Shown here piece by piece: positions 58,301 to 64,000 of a stretch of 64,000 bases of DNA. The notes under the pieces are model-generated. The model was not told the DNA's origin. It saw nothing but the letters and a program-made list of their open reading frames with translations, and made no database searches. This DNA is from Cyanobacteria bacterium J06627_28 (GTDB lineage: Bacteria; Cyanobacteriota; Cyanobacteriia; Phormidesmidales; Phormidesmidaceae). Each line of letters begins with the position of its first letter. The stretch's first letter is position 1. The stretch lies in assembly GCA_038521595.1 (NCBI GenBank), contig JBCBKQ010000001.1, positions 36,507 through 100,506 of the forward strand, given 5' to 3'. A program made the translations under genes and the position numbers.

Positions 58301-58633
58301 AACTACTCGAGCCTGCCACTGTTTGCTCTTTCGGGTTTTACGGCCTGCAGCTTTCTTTTTATCAGCAGCCTCTACTTTTTTAGCAGCGCTGACTTTTTTC
58401 CCTAGTGCGGCCTGCATCCAAGACAGATCTAGCTCTTCGGTTTTTTCAAAGCTAGCGATGAGTTCTTTTTGAGTCAGCTGATAGGGCTGCTCATGGGGCA
58501 AAAGCACATCACTCTCTTCGCCGTCTGCGGCCTGTAAATCAGCGACGGCAGCGGGCGCTACTCTGCGCCAGGTTTCGCCCCACAGAAAAAACTGCTGTAA
58601 GTCGGGTAGCCAGTTGCCGTGTAAAGTCGCCAT
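55319..58633 (-). CDS. SNF2/SWI2-family helicase with an N-terminal SNF2-helicase-associated region
   Basis: LRPYQAKGVSWL, ACLADDMGLGKT (motif I), VLDEAQNIKN (DEAQ box), LTGTPVEN, and the C-terminal helicase motifs LSLKAGGVGLNLT / WNPAVENQATDRAFRIGQ. Confidence 0.92.
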   Translation of the reverse strand: MATLHGNWLPDLQQFFLWGETWRRVAPAAVADLQAADGEESDVLLPHEQPYQLTQKELIASFEKTEELDLSWMQAALGKKVSAAKKVEAADKKKAAGRKTRKSKQWQARVVVLPTRFQASDKPLNILPVLSSEFAQQSDNTDQPSEENDDLALYPWQLSGGVLDAATTIKFLSALPLGQSEASAFVGDDLRYWSHLTRWCLDLLARGKFVPVVSGDKKGAIASWQLLLDSATDQARLKDFCDRLPFICHSYSAPPTAPKKNQKKSDKTSPLRVNLPVSADTLVRSFLETLVDAQVRSIAEDNTLTASAPLNKEIPLREWLDALGQSDAHFESTPAGVVRLNDAINTWTAPLQNLADTVEGFRTCFRLTPPETGSQDWHLRYGLQAIDDSDYQVSADLIWQHPTDELTHAGRTVDAPQETLLAGLGRATRLYEPIKQTLIEQSPTECVLGPIEAFQFLKMSAWRLQDSGFGVILPDNLVDPSKVGASRLGLQISATAPPKNQRLGLKSLLNFKWDLSVGGQVLTKAEFDELITQGTPLVEINGQWIELRPQDVRAAKDFFEKRKGQTKLSVEEALRISTGDNQLIDKLPVVKFDASGKLDELMTTMTTGNQSLEPIEEPNGFAGQLRPYQAKGVSWLSFLENWGLGACLADDMGLGKTVQLIAFLLYLKQEQALGGPVLLVCPTSVLTNWKREVSKFAPNQVTTLLYHGDKRPKGSALVKAAEKLDLIITSYALVQRDLKDLKRIEWRGMVLDEAQNIKNPAAKQSLAVREIESEFRIALTGTPVENRLSELWAIMDFLNPGYLGPLNFFKRRFATPIEKYGDTDSLKTLRSLVQPFILRRLKTDRTIIQDLPDKQEMTVFCGLSTEQARLYQKLVDTTLEDIDDAEGVKRRGMILALLVKLKQICNHPAQFLKQDSLGRAKRSGKLQRLDEMLEEVVAEGDRALVFTQFAEWGKLLSSHLEHRLGTKTQFLYGSTSQPKREEMVDRFQLDPNGPKIFILSLKAGGVGLNLTRANHVFHFDRWWNPAVENQATDRAFRIGQKKNVQVHKFVTTGTLEERINDMINSKKALAEQVVGAGEQWLTELDTDQLRNLLLLDRDAVIDES

Positions 58634-58703
58634 GGGGCAAAAATGCTCTTACCAATGAATAATGTTTTATTTTTCCGCTTCTCATTTTAGAGAGCAATGA
58701 GCC

Positions 58704-59672
58704 TTACGATTCGAACTGCTCGTAGGCTGCAACAATTCGCTGCACTAGGGCGTGACGCACAACATCCGCCTTGGTTAGCTCACAAAACTCGATGCCTTCT
58801 ACCTTGCGCAAAATTTTGGTGGCTTTGGCCAGGCCCGACTCTTGATACTGAGGCAGGTCAGTCTGGGTGACATCGCCAGTGACGACCATGCGAGAATTGA
58901 ACCCCAGTCGGGTGAGCACCATTTTCATTTGGGCTGGGGTCGTGTTTTGCGCTTCGTCCAAGATGACGAAGGCATTACTGAGGGTGCGGCCGCGCATGTA
59001 GGCCAAGGGAGCAACTTCAATGACGCCGCGCTCCATGAGATGTGGAATACGTTCAGGATCTAGCAGCTCGTGGAGGGCATCGTACAGCGGCCGCAGATAA
59101 GGATTTACCTTTTGCTGGAGGTCGCCAGGAAGAAAACCAAGTCGTTCGCCCGCTTCTACCGCAGGGCGGGTAAGAATGAGCCGTTCGTATTCCTCGTTCA
59201 TGAGCGCTTTGACGGCGACCATGGCGGCCAGGAAGGTTTTGCCAGTACCTGCCGGACCTGTGCAAAAGGTGAGATCGCTGCTACGTAGGGCGTTGATGTA
59301 CTGCTGCTGGCGAAAGGTTTTGGCGCGGATGATTTGACCGCGACGGGTTTTGGCGATGACGTCTTTTTGGATGCTTTGCAGCTCGCCTTCGCGGTGGGTG
59401 TCTAGGGCATGGATGGCGGTAAGGACATCTGTAATGGCAATAGCTTGCCCTTCGCTCCAGGTGGGCTCTAGCGTTTCGACAATGCGTCTAACTCGCGTCA
59501 CCTGATTGTCTGTACCGGCAATGCTGAGCTCGCTGCCGCGCAAGACAACAGTTGCGCCAGTTTGCTGGGCAATGCGTTTAATATTTTCTTCCCGAGGCCC
59601 TGCCAAGGCAATGGCATTCTCGGCACTCATCAAGCCAAGCTTGTAAGTATTTCCCATGCAGTTTTCTATCAA
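58704..59672 (-). CDS. phoH: PhoH-family ATPase
   Basis: Walker A GPAGTGKTFLA, VILDEAQN, and GD.TQ.DLP. The length and N-terminal region are as in PhoH-like proteins. Confidence 0.9.
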   Translation of the reverse strand: MIENCMGNTYKLGLMSAENAIALAGPREENIKRIAQQTGATVVLRGSELSIAGTDNQVTRVRRIVETLEPTWSEGQAIAITDVLTAIHALDTHREGELQSIQKDVIAKTRRGQIIRAKTFRQQQYINALRSSDLTFCTGPAGTGKTFLAAMVAVKALMNEEYERLILTRPAVEAGERLGFLPGDLQQKVNPYLRPLYDALHELLDPERIPHLMERGVIEVAPLAYMRGRTLSNAFVILDEAQNTTPAQMKMVLTRLGFNSRMVVTGDVTQTDLPQYQESGLAKATKILRKVEGIEFCELTKADVVRHALVQRIVAAYEQFES

Positions 59673-59757
59673 ATAACGAACGGTTCCCAGACGTAGTCTA
59701 GGAACCGCGCTAATAATGAGGCCTAAGTAATCTACGCTAATACTCTAAAGTAGCGAA

Positions 59758-60180
59758 TTATTCAGGCTTTGGCTTTTTCTTGGGAGGGGCAGGGTTCGTG
59801 CTGACTCGCTGAGGCGGTCTGCGATCGCCCCCTCTACCACGTCCACCAGAACGAGAGCCTCTGCCACCGCGATCGCCGCGCTCAGCTCTCTCGGGCTGAG
59901 GCTCTCCAAAGACGCTGAGGTTGACCGTCATTTCAGCGAGCCGACCGGCCGCCATGATGGTGGTGCGAATAGCTTTAATATTGCGTCCACCACGACCAAA
60001 TACGCGGCCTTTGTCTTCATCCTCATCGAAGGCTGCTCTTAGCCATAGCTTTTTGCCACCGGCTAAGGATTCGGAATGAAATTTTAGGGCCTCGGGCTTG
60101 TCTAGAAAGGGCTCCATCAGGAAACGTGCGATCGCTTCATAATCAGCCACTTCTGTAATGCCTTGATCGTGGGAAGCCAT
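59758..60180 (-). CDS. KH-domain RNA-binding protein (KhpA/YlqC-like) with an Arg/Gly-rich tail
   Basis: KH GXXG loop in GRVFGRGGRNIKAIRT. It sits immediately downstream of rpsP, the conserved position. The tail is RGDRGGRGSRSGGRGRGGDRR. Confidence 0.8.
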   Translation of the reverse strand: MASHDQGITEVADYEAIARFLMEPFLDKPEALKFHSESLAGGKKLWLRAAFDEDEDKGRVFGRGGRNIKAIRTTIMAAGRLAEMTVNLSVFGEPQPERAERGDRGGRGSRSGGRGRGGDRRPPQRVSTNPAPPKKKPKPE

Positions 60181-60181
60181 A

Positions 60182-60430
60182 CTACTTACCTAGCTGTTCG
60201 TATACGTTCGCTTTCTTTAGAATGCTTGCTACTGTAGCGGTGGGCTGGGCGCCAGTCTTGAGCCATTTAACGATGGCAGGAACCTCCAGACGAGTCTCCT
60301 TAGTTCTAGGGTTATAGAAACCTAGCTCTTCGAGAGGGCGACCATCGCGGCGAGCCTCAGAAGGCATGGCAACGATACGGTAGCTGACTTCGCGCTTTTT
60401 TCCGTAGCGCTTTAGGCGAATCTTGATCAT
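60182..60430 (-). CDS. rpsP: 30S ribosomal protein S16 (start at MIKIRL; the ORF extends to 60502)
   Basis: [22 protein letters not shown]...LGFYNP is canonical S16. Confidence 0.95.
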   Translation of the reverse strand: MIKIRLKRYGKKREVSYRIVAMPSEARRDGRPLEELGFYNPRTKETRLEVPAIVKWLKTGAQPTATVASILKKANVYEQLGK

Positions 60431-60590
60431 TAGAAGTTGGGTAACGGCTGAGCCGGACAGATAATTGAGCCAAAAATTAATTAGAGCAATCGATTTTAGC
60501 ACTCACCGAGAAGCTGAGGCAAAGCATTCTTTTTGATGACTGCATTCTTTAGACTTCGATTTTCTCATAAATGATTACGCTAGCTTAACT

Positions 60591-60637
60591 AGAAGCGTCC
60601 GCAGCTCCCTTAAAAAGGCTACGGACGCTTCTTTTTT
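60591..60637 (+). terminator. Plus-strand intrinsic terminator with no annotated plus-strand gene upstream
   Basis: agaagcgtccg (60591-60601) pairs with cggacgcttct (60622-60632), followed by a T6 run. The flanking genes rpsP and psbN are both on the minus strand. Confidence 0.55.
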
Positions 60638-60660
60638 AGTGATGCCCTAGGGCAGCGCTG

Positions 60661-60801
60661 TTAATCTTCGTGGTCTTCGAAGGGATCGCTGAGCTGCTTT
60701 GCGGGTGGGCCGAACGCTGTGTAAACGGCGTATAACGTAAACGCACCAACGATTGTAGCGACCGAAACAATAAGAACTGTTGCAGAATCTAAGCTATCCA
60801 T
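60661..60801 (-). CDS. psbN: Photosystem II assembly protein PsbN (46 aa, hand-called)
   Basis: Reverse-strand translation: MDSLDSATVLIVSVATIVGAFTLYAVYTAFGPPAKQLSDPFEDHED. This is canonical PsbN (..Y.AFGPPSK.L.DPF..HED), divergent from psbH. Confidence 0.9.
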   Translation of the reverse strand: MDSLDSATVLIVSVATIVGAFTLYAVYTAFGPPAKQLSDPFEDHED

Positions 60802-60867
60802 TTAGTTTTTTCCTTGATTTCCTTTATGATATTACAGAATATAAAGTAAGTTTACCTCGGTCTCCCC

Positions 60868-61071
60868 ATGGCGCAGCAAACGAAGCTAGGCAACCTCCTC
60901 AAGCCCTTGAACTCTGAATACGGTAAGGTTTCCCCTGGTTGGGGTACAACCCCAGTAATGGGCGTATTTATGGTGCTTTTCCTGGTATTTTTGCTAATTA
61001 TCTTTCAGCTGTACAACTCTTCTCTCATTTTGGACGGTGTAGATGTTGACTGGAGAAGCCTGGGTAACTAG
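60868..61071 (+). CDS. psbH: Photosystem II protein H
   Basis: [46 protein letters not shown] is canonical PsbH. Confidence 0.95.
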   Translation: MAQQTKLGNLLKPLNSEYGKVSPGWGTTPVMGVFMVLFLVFLLIIFQLYNSSLILDGVDVDWRSLGN

Positions 61072-61132
61072 GGCAATTATTATGAGACGAATCGCATAGA
61101 TGTATTGAGTAATTGCGGTTGAGGTCTTGGTG

Positions 61133-61170
61133 AGGGCAGGTGTGTTTGGCACCTGCCCTTTATACTTTTA
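61133..61170 (+). terminator. psbH Rho-independent terminator
   Basis: agggcaggtg / cacctgccct perfect 10-bp stem with a 7-nt loop, then a T-rich tail (ttatactttta). Confidence 0.7.
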
Positions 61171-61197
61171 AGCAGTATTAATAGACGTGTGTGGACG

Positions 61198-61521
61198 ATG
61201 AACATCTTTGGAATTGGCCTGCCTGAGATGGGCCTGATTATGATTGTGGCGCTATTGGTGTTTGGCCCCAAAAAGCTGCCAGAGATTGGCCGCAGCCTGG
61301 GTAAGGCGATGAAGGGCTTTCAAGATGCCTCAAAAGAATTTGAAAATGAATTTAAAAAAGAGGCCGAGCGCATCGAAAAAACGGTGGCTGAGCCGATGAA
61401 AGCAACGCTAGAAAAGCCTAGAGCTTTGGCTGCTGACAAAGATGAGACGACTACAGAAGCTGAGATTGTCGATGAGCCAGTGGCTAATGCGCCTATGACT
61501 GAAGAGGAGTCGGCGGTATAG
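61198..61521 (+). CDS. tatA: Twin-arginine translocase subunit TatA/E
   Basis: MNIFGIGLPEMGLIMIVALLVFGPKKLPEIGRSLGKAMKGFQ is canonical TatA. Confidence 0.9.
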   Translation: MNIFGIGLPEMGLIMIVALLVFGPKKLPEIGRSLGKAMKGFQDASKEFENEFKKEAERIEKTVAEPMKATLEKPRALAADKDETTTEAEIVDEPVANAPMTEEESAV

Positions 61522-61587
61522 CACTGGGGCGATATTGATCTAGAAAGGCGCCTGTAAAAATCGCCTGTAAAAATTAAGTGAGAGACG

Positions 61588-62226
61588 ATGGTAGGGACAG
61601 CGCCAGCAGCACAGGAACCCGTAATTGTGCTGCCACGGCTAATTGTTGGGCTGGGTAATCCGGGTGCTAAGTACGACCGGACGCGGCACAATATTGGCTT
61701 TGAAATTGTGGATGCGCTGGCAAAAAGTTTGCCGGACGTGTCGTTAGATCCGAACAAGCGGTTTCAAGGGGCAACAGGCGAGTTTCGCAGTGCAGGTGAG
61801 CGGACGGTGCTGCTAAAGCCGACAACCTACATGAATAAGTCAGGTCAGTCTGTGCGGGCAGTTTTGGACTGGTACAAGCTGAATCCAGCGGATGTGCTGG
61901 TGGTGTACGACGATATGGATTTGCCGGTAGGCAAGCTGCGGATGCGCCTATCTGGCGGGGCCGGTGGTCACAATGGCATGAAGTCAATTATTTCTCACTT
62001 GGGTACGAAGGAATTTCCCCGCCTGCGCGTGGGCGTGGGTAGTGCGAATAAAAGTGGTGACCCGGATGGGGCAGTGGTTTCTCACGTGCTGGGCCGCTTT
62101 GCTCCAGAAGATAGAAAAATAGTCGATGCGGCAATTCCGATGGCAGTCGATGCGATTGACTTTAGCCTGCGCAAAGGTGTGGAGCGCTCAATGAGTCTCT
62201 ACAATGGGCGAGAAGTAGAACTGTAG
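61588..62226 (+). CDS. pth: Peptidyl-tRNA hydrolase
   Basis: LIVGLGNPGAKYDRTRHNIGF...KPTTYMNKSG...VVYDDMDLPVGKLR...GGHNG are Pth motifs. Confidence 0.95.
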   Translation: MVGTAPAAQEPVIVLPRLIVGLGNPGAKYDRTRHNIGFEIVDALAKSLPDVSLDPNKRFQGATGEFRSAGERTVLLKPTTYMNKSGQSVRAVLDWYKLNPADVLVVYDDMDLPVGKLRMRLSGGAGGHNGMKSIISHLGTKEFPRLRVGVGSANKSGDPDGAVVSHVLGRFAPEDRKIVDAAIPMAVDAIDFSLRKGVERSMSLYNGREVEL

Positions 62227-62243
62227 GTGTTTTGCTGTGTGAT

Positions 62244-62582
62244 TTATGCTGTTGCCCTTTGATAGAACGTGATGCCCACTCGATGGATATGCTCCACAAC
62301 GTTTGGATTTTCTATATGGCTCAGGATAGAGATATCGAATAGATAAGGGAGCAGAAGCTCGTCTATTTCGTCGTCGATGCGAGTCATTTGACGATAGGTG
62401 AGTGATTCGCCCGTCAGGGTGAGATCTATATCTGAGCCCTCGCGAAAATTTCCTTTGGCTCTAGAGCCATACAAGATAGCCGACTCGACTGCTGGGTGTG
62501 CATTAAGGACACTTCTAATCTGCTCAATGACGTGAGTTTTGAGCCCGCAATGTACTGATAACTCTTCCTTATCCATGGTCAT
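62244..62582 (-). CDS. Nucleotidyltransferase-domain protein (MNT / HI0073-like)
   Basis: The minimal NTase motif ILYGSRAKGNFREGSDIDL is present. Confidence 0.85.
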   Translation of the reverse strand: MTMDKEELSVHCGLKTHVIEQIRSVLNAHPAVESAILYGSRAKGNFREGSDIDLTLTGESLTYRQMTRIDDEIDELLLPYLFDISILSHIENPNVVEHIHRVGITFYQRATA

Positions 62583-62985
62583 TTTTCATCGTTTTCATTT
62601 TGGCTTCTAATGCGACAAACTTATCAAAGAATTTTGTCCTGACATCACCTGAAATCTTCTGAGCGATTTCCTTGTTATAAGTGTGACTGGTTTGATTTCG
62701 ATCTTTAATCATGTCCATCCACATATGGCCTTCATCAATTAAACCGAGGTTGAATGCTTTACGGGTAACATCTCGTGAGCCATATAGTTTTGCCTGCGGA
62801 TTTTGGTCTTCTAGAAATGCCTTAAGTAGCTTCCACGCTAGCTCGTGCGTATATTCGAAGGCCTGAATGAATCCTTGCTCCTCCAACTCATTCAGCTCGC
62901 CTTTATCTATAAACTTAGTCAGCATGGCCAATGCCTTTTGGTAGCTATCAAATCTTTGTTTCCAGCGAATGTCTAAATCAGTCAT
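62569..62985 (-). CDS. Nucleotidyltransferase substrate-binding protein, HI0074 family (HEPN-related)
   Basis: The 138-aa helical protein with WKQRF..Y.KAL..L and R.Q.SHTYN patterns matches the HI0074 family. It overlaps the downstream MNT gene by 14 nt. Confidence 0.8.
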   Translation of the reverse strand: MTDLDIRWKQRFDSYQKALAMLTKFIDKGELNELEEQGFIQAFEYTHELAWKLLKAFLEDQNPQAKLYGSRDVTRKAFNLGLIDEGHMWMDMIKDRNQTSHTYNKEIAQKISGDVRTKFFDKFVALEAKMKTMKNDHG

Positions 62986-63123
62986 GTGGTGTCTTGTTCG
63001 CAGACGTCGGATGTGTTTTTAATACTGTCTCAGACTGTGGCCTATGATTTCATGCCTGTCGAACGATAATGCGCTGACTTAGAATTGAGCTTGTACGAGT
63101 AGGAAGTCCTTGAGGGAGCTAAC

Positions 63124-64000
63124 GTGGAGAGTGCAATTATTCGCCAGGGTGAGCTGGTAGGCCAGGGACTGATGGCCTATGAAACGACTGAGGAAATGGG
63201 CTCGGTGGCGCATTTGCTGGTGGATGTGAAGCAGGCTCAAGTGACGGGGTTAGCGTATAAGACGACTGGGCTGGTAGGGCGTAAGCAGGATTTGGGGTGG
63301 GCGCAGGTTGTGAAGATTGGGGGCGATCGCATCATTATCCAGTCAGAAGCTCCTGACGCAGTAGAGTCTCAACTAGCGGCCGCCCAAGACATTACGAACC
63401 TAGAAATATGGACAGATGGCGGTGACCATATTGGCCGAGTCGTGGACGTTTGCTTTGATCAGCGCTCGGGCGCGATCGCACATTACCTCTTCATCCTAAA
63501 AGTCCAAGAAGCCATCACAGAAAACGAACCGACAGCAGCCTTATTTGGCGAAGAACCTGCCGAAGACTCAGCCGCCGATGAAAGCGAAACAGAGGCACCT
63601 CAAACGTTGACGGGCTACATGATTGCACCATCGGCAATTATCAGTGCAGGGCGCAAGCGAATGATGATTGCGGAGGAAGATGCGAAAAGGGCGCAGCCCT
63701 ATGGCAAACCATTGACGATTGCCAAGGATAAATCTGCTAGGTTGCCCGTCGCGAATTGGCGACCCGAGCAGCTGCCTGAGATGCCTGCTGAGCTAGGAGG
63801 ATTGTTGGAAAAAGGGCAGGCTTTAGCAGGGCAGGTGAGCGATCGCGTGCGACAGCAGGCAAAGCGATTTACCGATGAACAGTTTGTCGATAGAGACGTT
63901 GATGCTGAAGGGCAGCCGGATATTTCGGAGCAGCTGCAAGAGAAAACGGCGCAGGTGAAAGACCAGATGCAGCAACAGCTTCAGCGGGCGAGAGAGAGGG
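63124..64000 (+). CDS. PRC-barrel-domain protein, 3'-truncated by the window end (GTG start provisional)
   Basis: Hand translation stays open from 63124 to the end of the window. PRC-like segments are GSVAHLLVDVKQAQVTGLAYK and GDHIGRVVDVCFDQRSGAIAHYLF. Confidence 0.55.
   Translation, partial: MESAIIRQGELVGQGLMAYETTEEMGSVAHLLVDVKQAQVTGLAYKTTGLVGRKQDLGWAQVVKIGGDRIIIQSEAPDAVESQLAAAQDITNLEIWTDGGDHIGRVVDVCFDQRSGAIAHYLFILKVQEAITENEPTAALFGEEPAEDSAADESETEAPQTLTGYMIAPSAIISAGRKRMMIAEEDAKRAQPYGKPLTIAKDKSARLPVANWRPEQLPEMPAELGGLLEKGQALAGQVSDRVRQQAKRFTDEQFVDRDVDAEGQPDISEQLQEKTAQVKDQMQQQLQRARER

Noticed and set aside
58704-60430. SNF2-phoH-KH-rpsP as a functional system
   Set aside because: All are widely conserved housekeeping-type genes. 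rpsP-KH is a standard pair, and I see no evidence linking the helicase or PhoH to it beyond shared orientation.
60495-60521. TTAGCACTC half-site resembling the CIRCE operator of HrcA, upstream of rpsP
   Set aside because: The second half after N9 (ctgaggcaa) does not match GAGTGCTAA, so this is probably a chance half-site.

Overview
This is a cyanobacterial chromosomal window, judged from the photosystem, NDH-1 and ycf gene content and from many GCGATCGC (HIP1) octamers. All family calls come from reading motifs in the supplied translations and from my own hand translation of short ORFs; I ran no searches.

The housekeeping backbone includes:
- Photosynthesis and respiration: psbM, pxcA/cemA-like, ndhC-K-J, and the conserved rubA-ycf48-psbE-F-L-J cluster with psaI; also psbN/psbH.
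- Other core genes: photolyase, folK, thioredoxin, fabG, hemH, hrcA, rbcR/ycf30, ycf46, sigA, an SNF2 helicase, phoH, rpsP plus a KH protein, tatA and pth.
- Six small photosystem genes (psbM, psbF, psbL, psbJ, psaI, psbN) are missing from the ORF track because they are under 60 aa. I recovered them by hand.

Accessory patches interrupt this backbone:
- **19.1-26.5 kb (most interesting locus):** an A/T-richer island with a 314-aa AAA/STAND-like ATPase, a decayed paralog fragment, and a 1049-aa protein that fuses a Gly/Ala-rich polytopic membrane domain to the same ATPase family and a C-terminal winged helix. An HD-GYP protein and an EIIC-like/EAL protein flank it.
- **27.4-29.3 kb:** a toxin-antitoxin pair plus a tyrosine integrase, wedged between fabG and hemH.
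- **35.7-36.0 kb:** a relic of a periplasmic-binding-protein gene directly after a 4-Cys Ser/Thr kinase.
- **37.6-38.2 kb:** a frameshifted AlkA-like glycosylase.
- **41.0-44.7 kb:** a 1231-aa G8/beta-helix/PKD/LamG protein behind a 1.2-kb non-coding leader.
- **54.8-55.3 kb:** a DUF6883/DUF4926 pair in which DUF6883 is split by a hairpin-bearing insert.
- **62.2-63.0 kb:** an HI0074/MNT pair.

A window-wide feature is the number of 12-24 bp tandem repeat arrays at gene ends. Several supply the stop codon or the terminal residues of the flanking genes. I found no tRNA, rRNA, CRISPR array or transposase.
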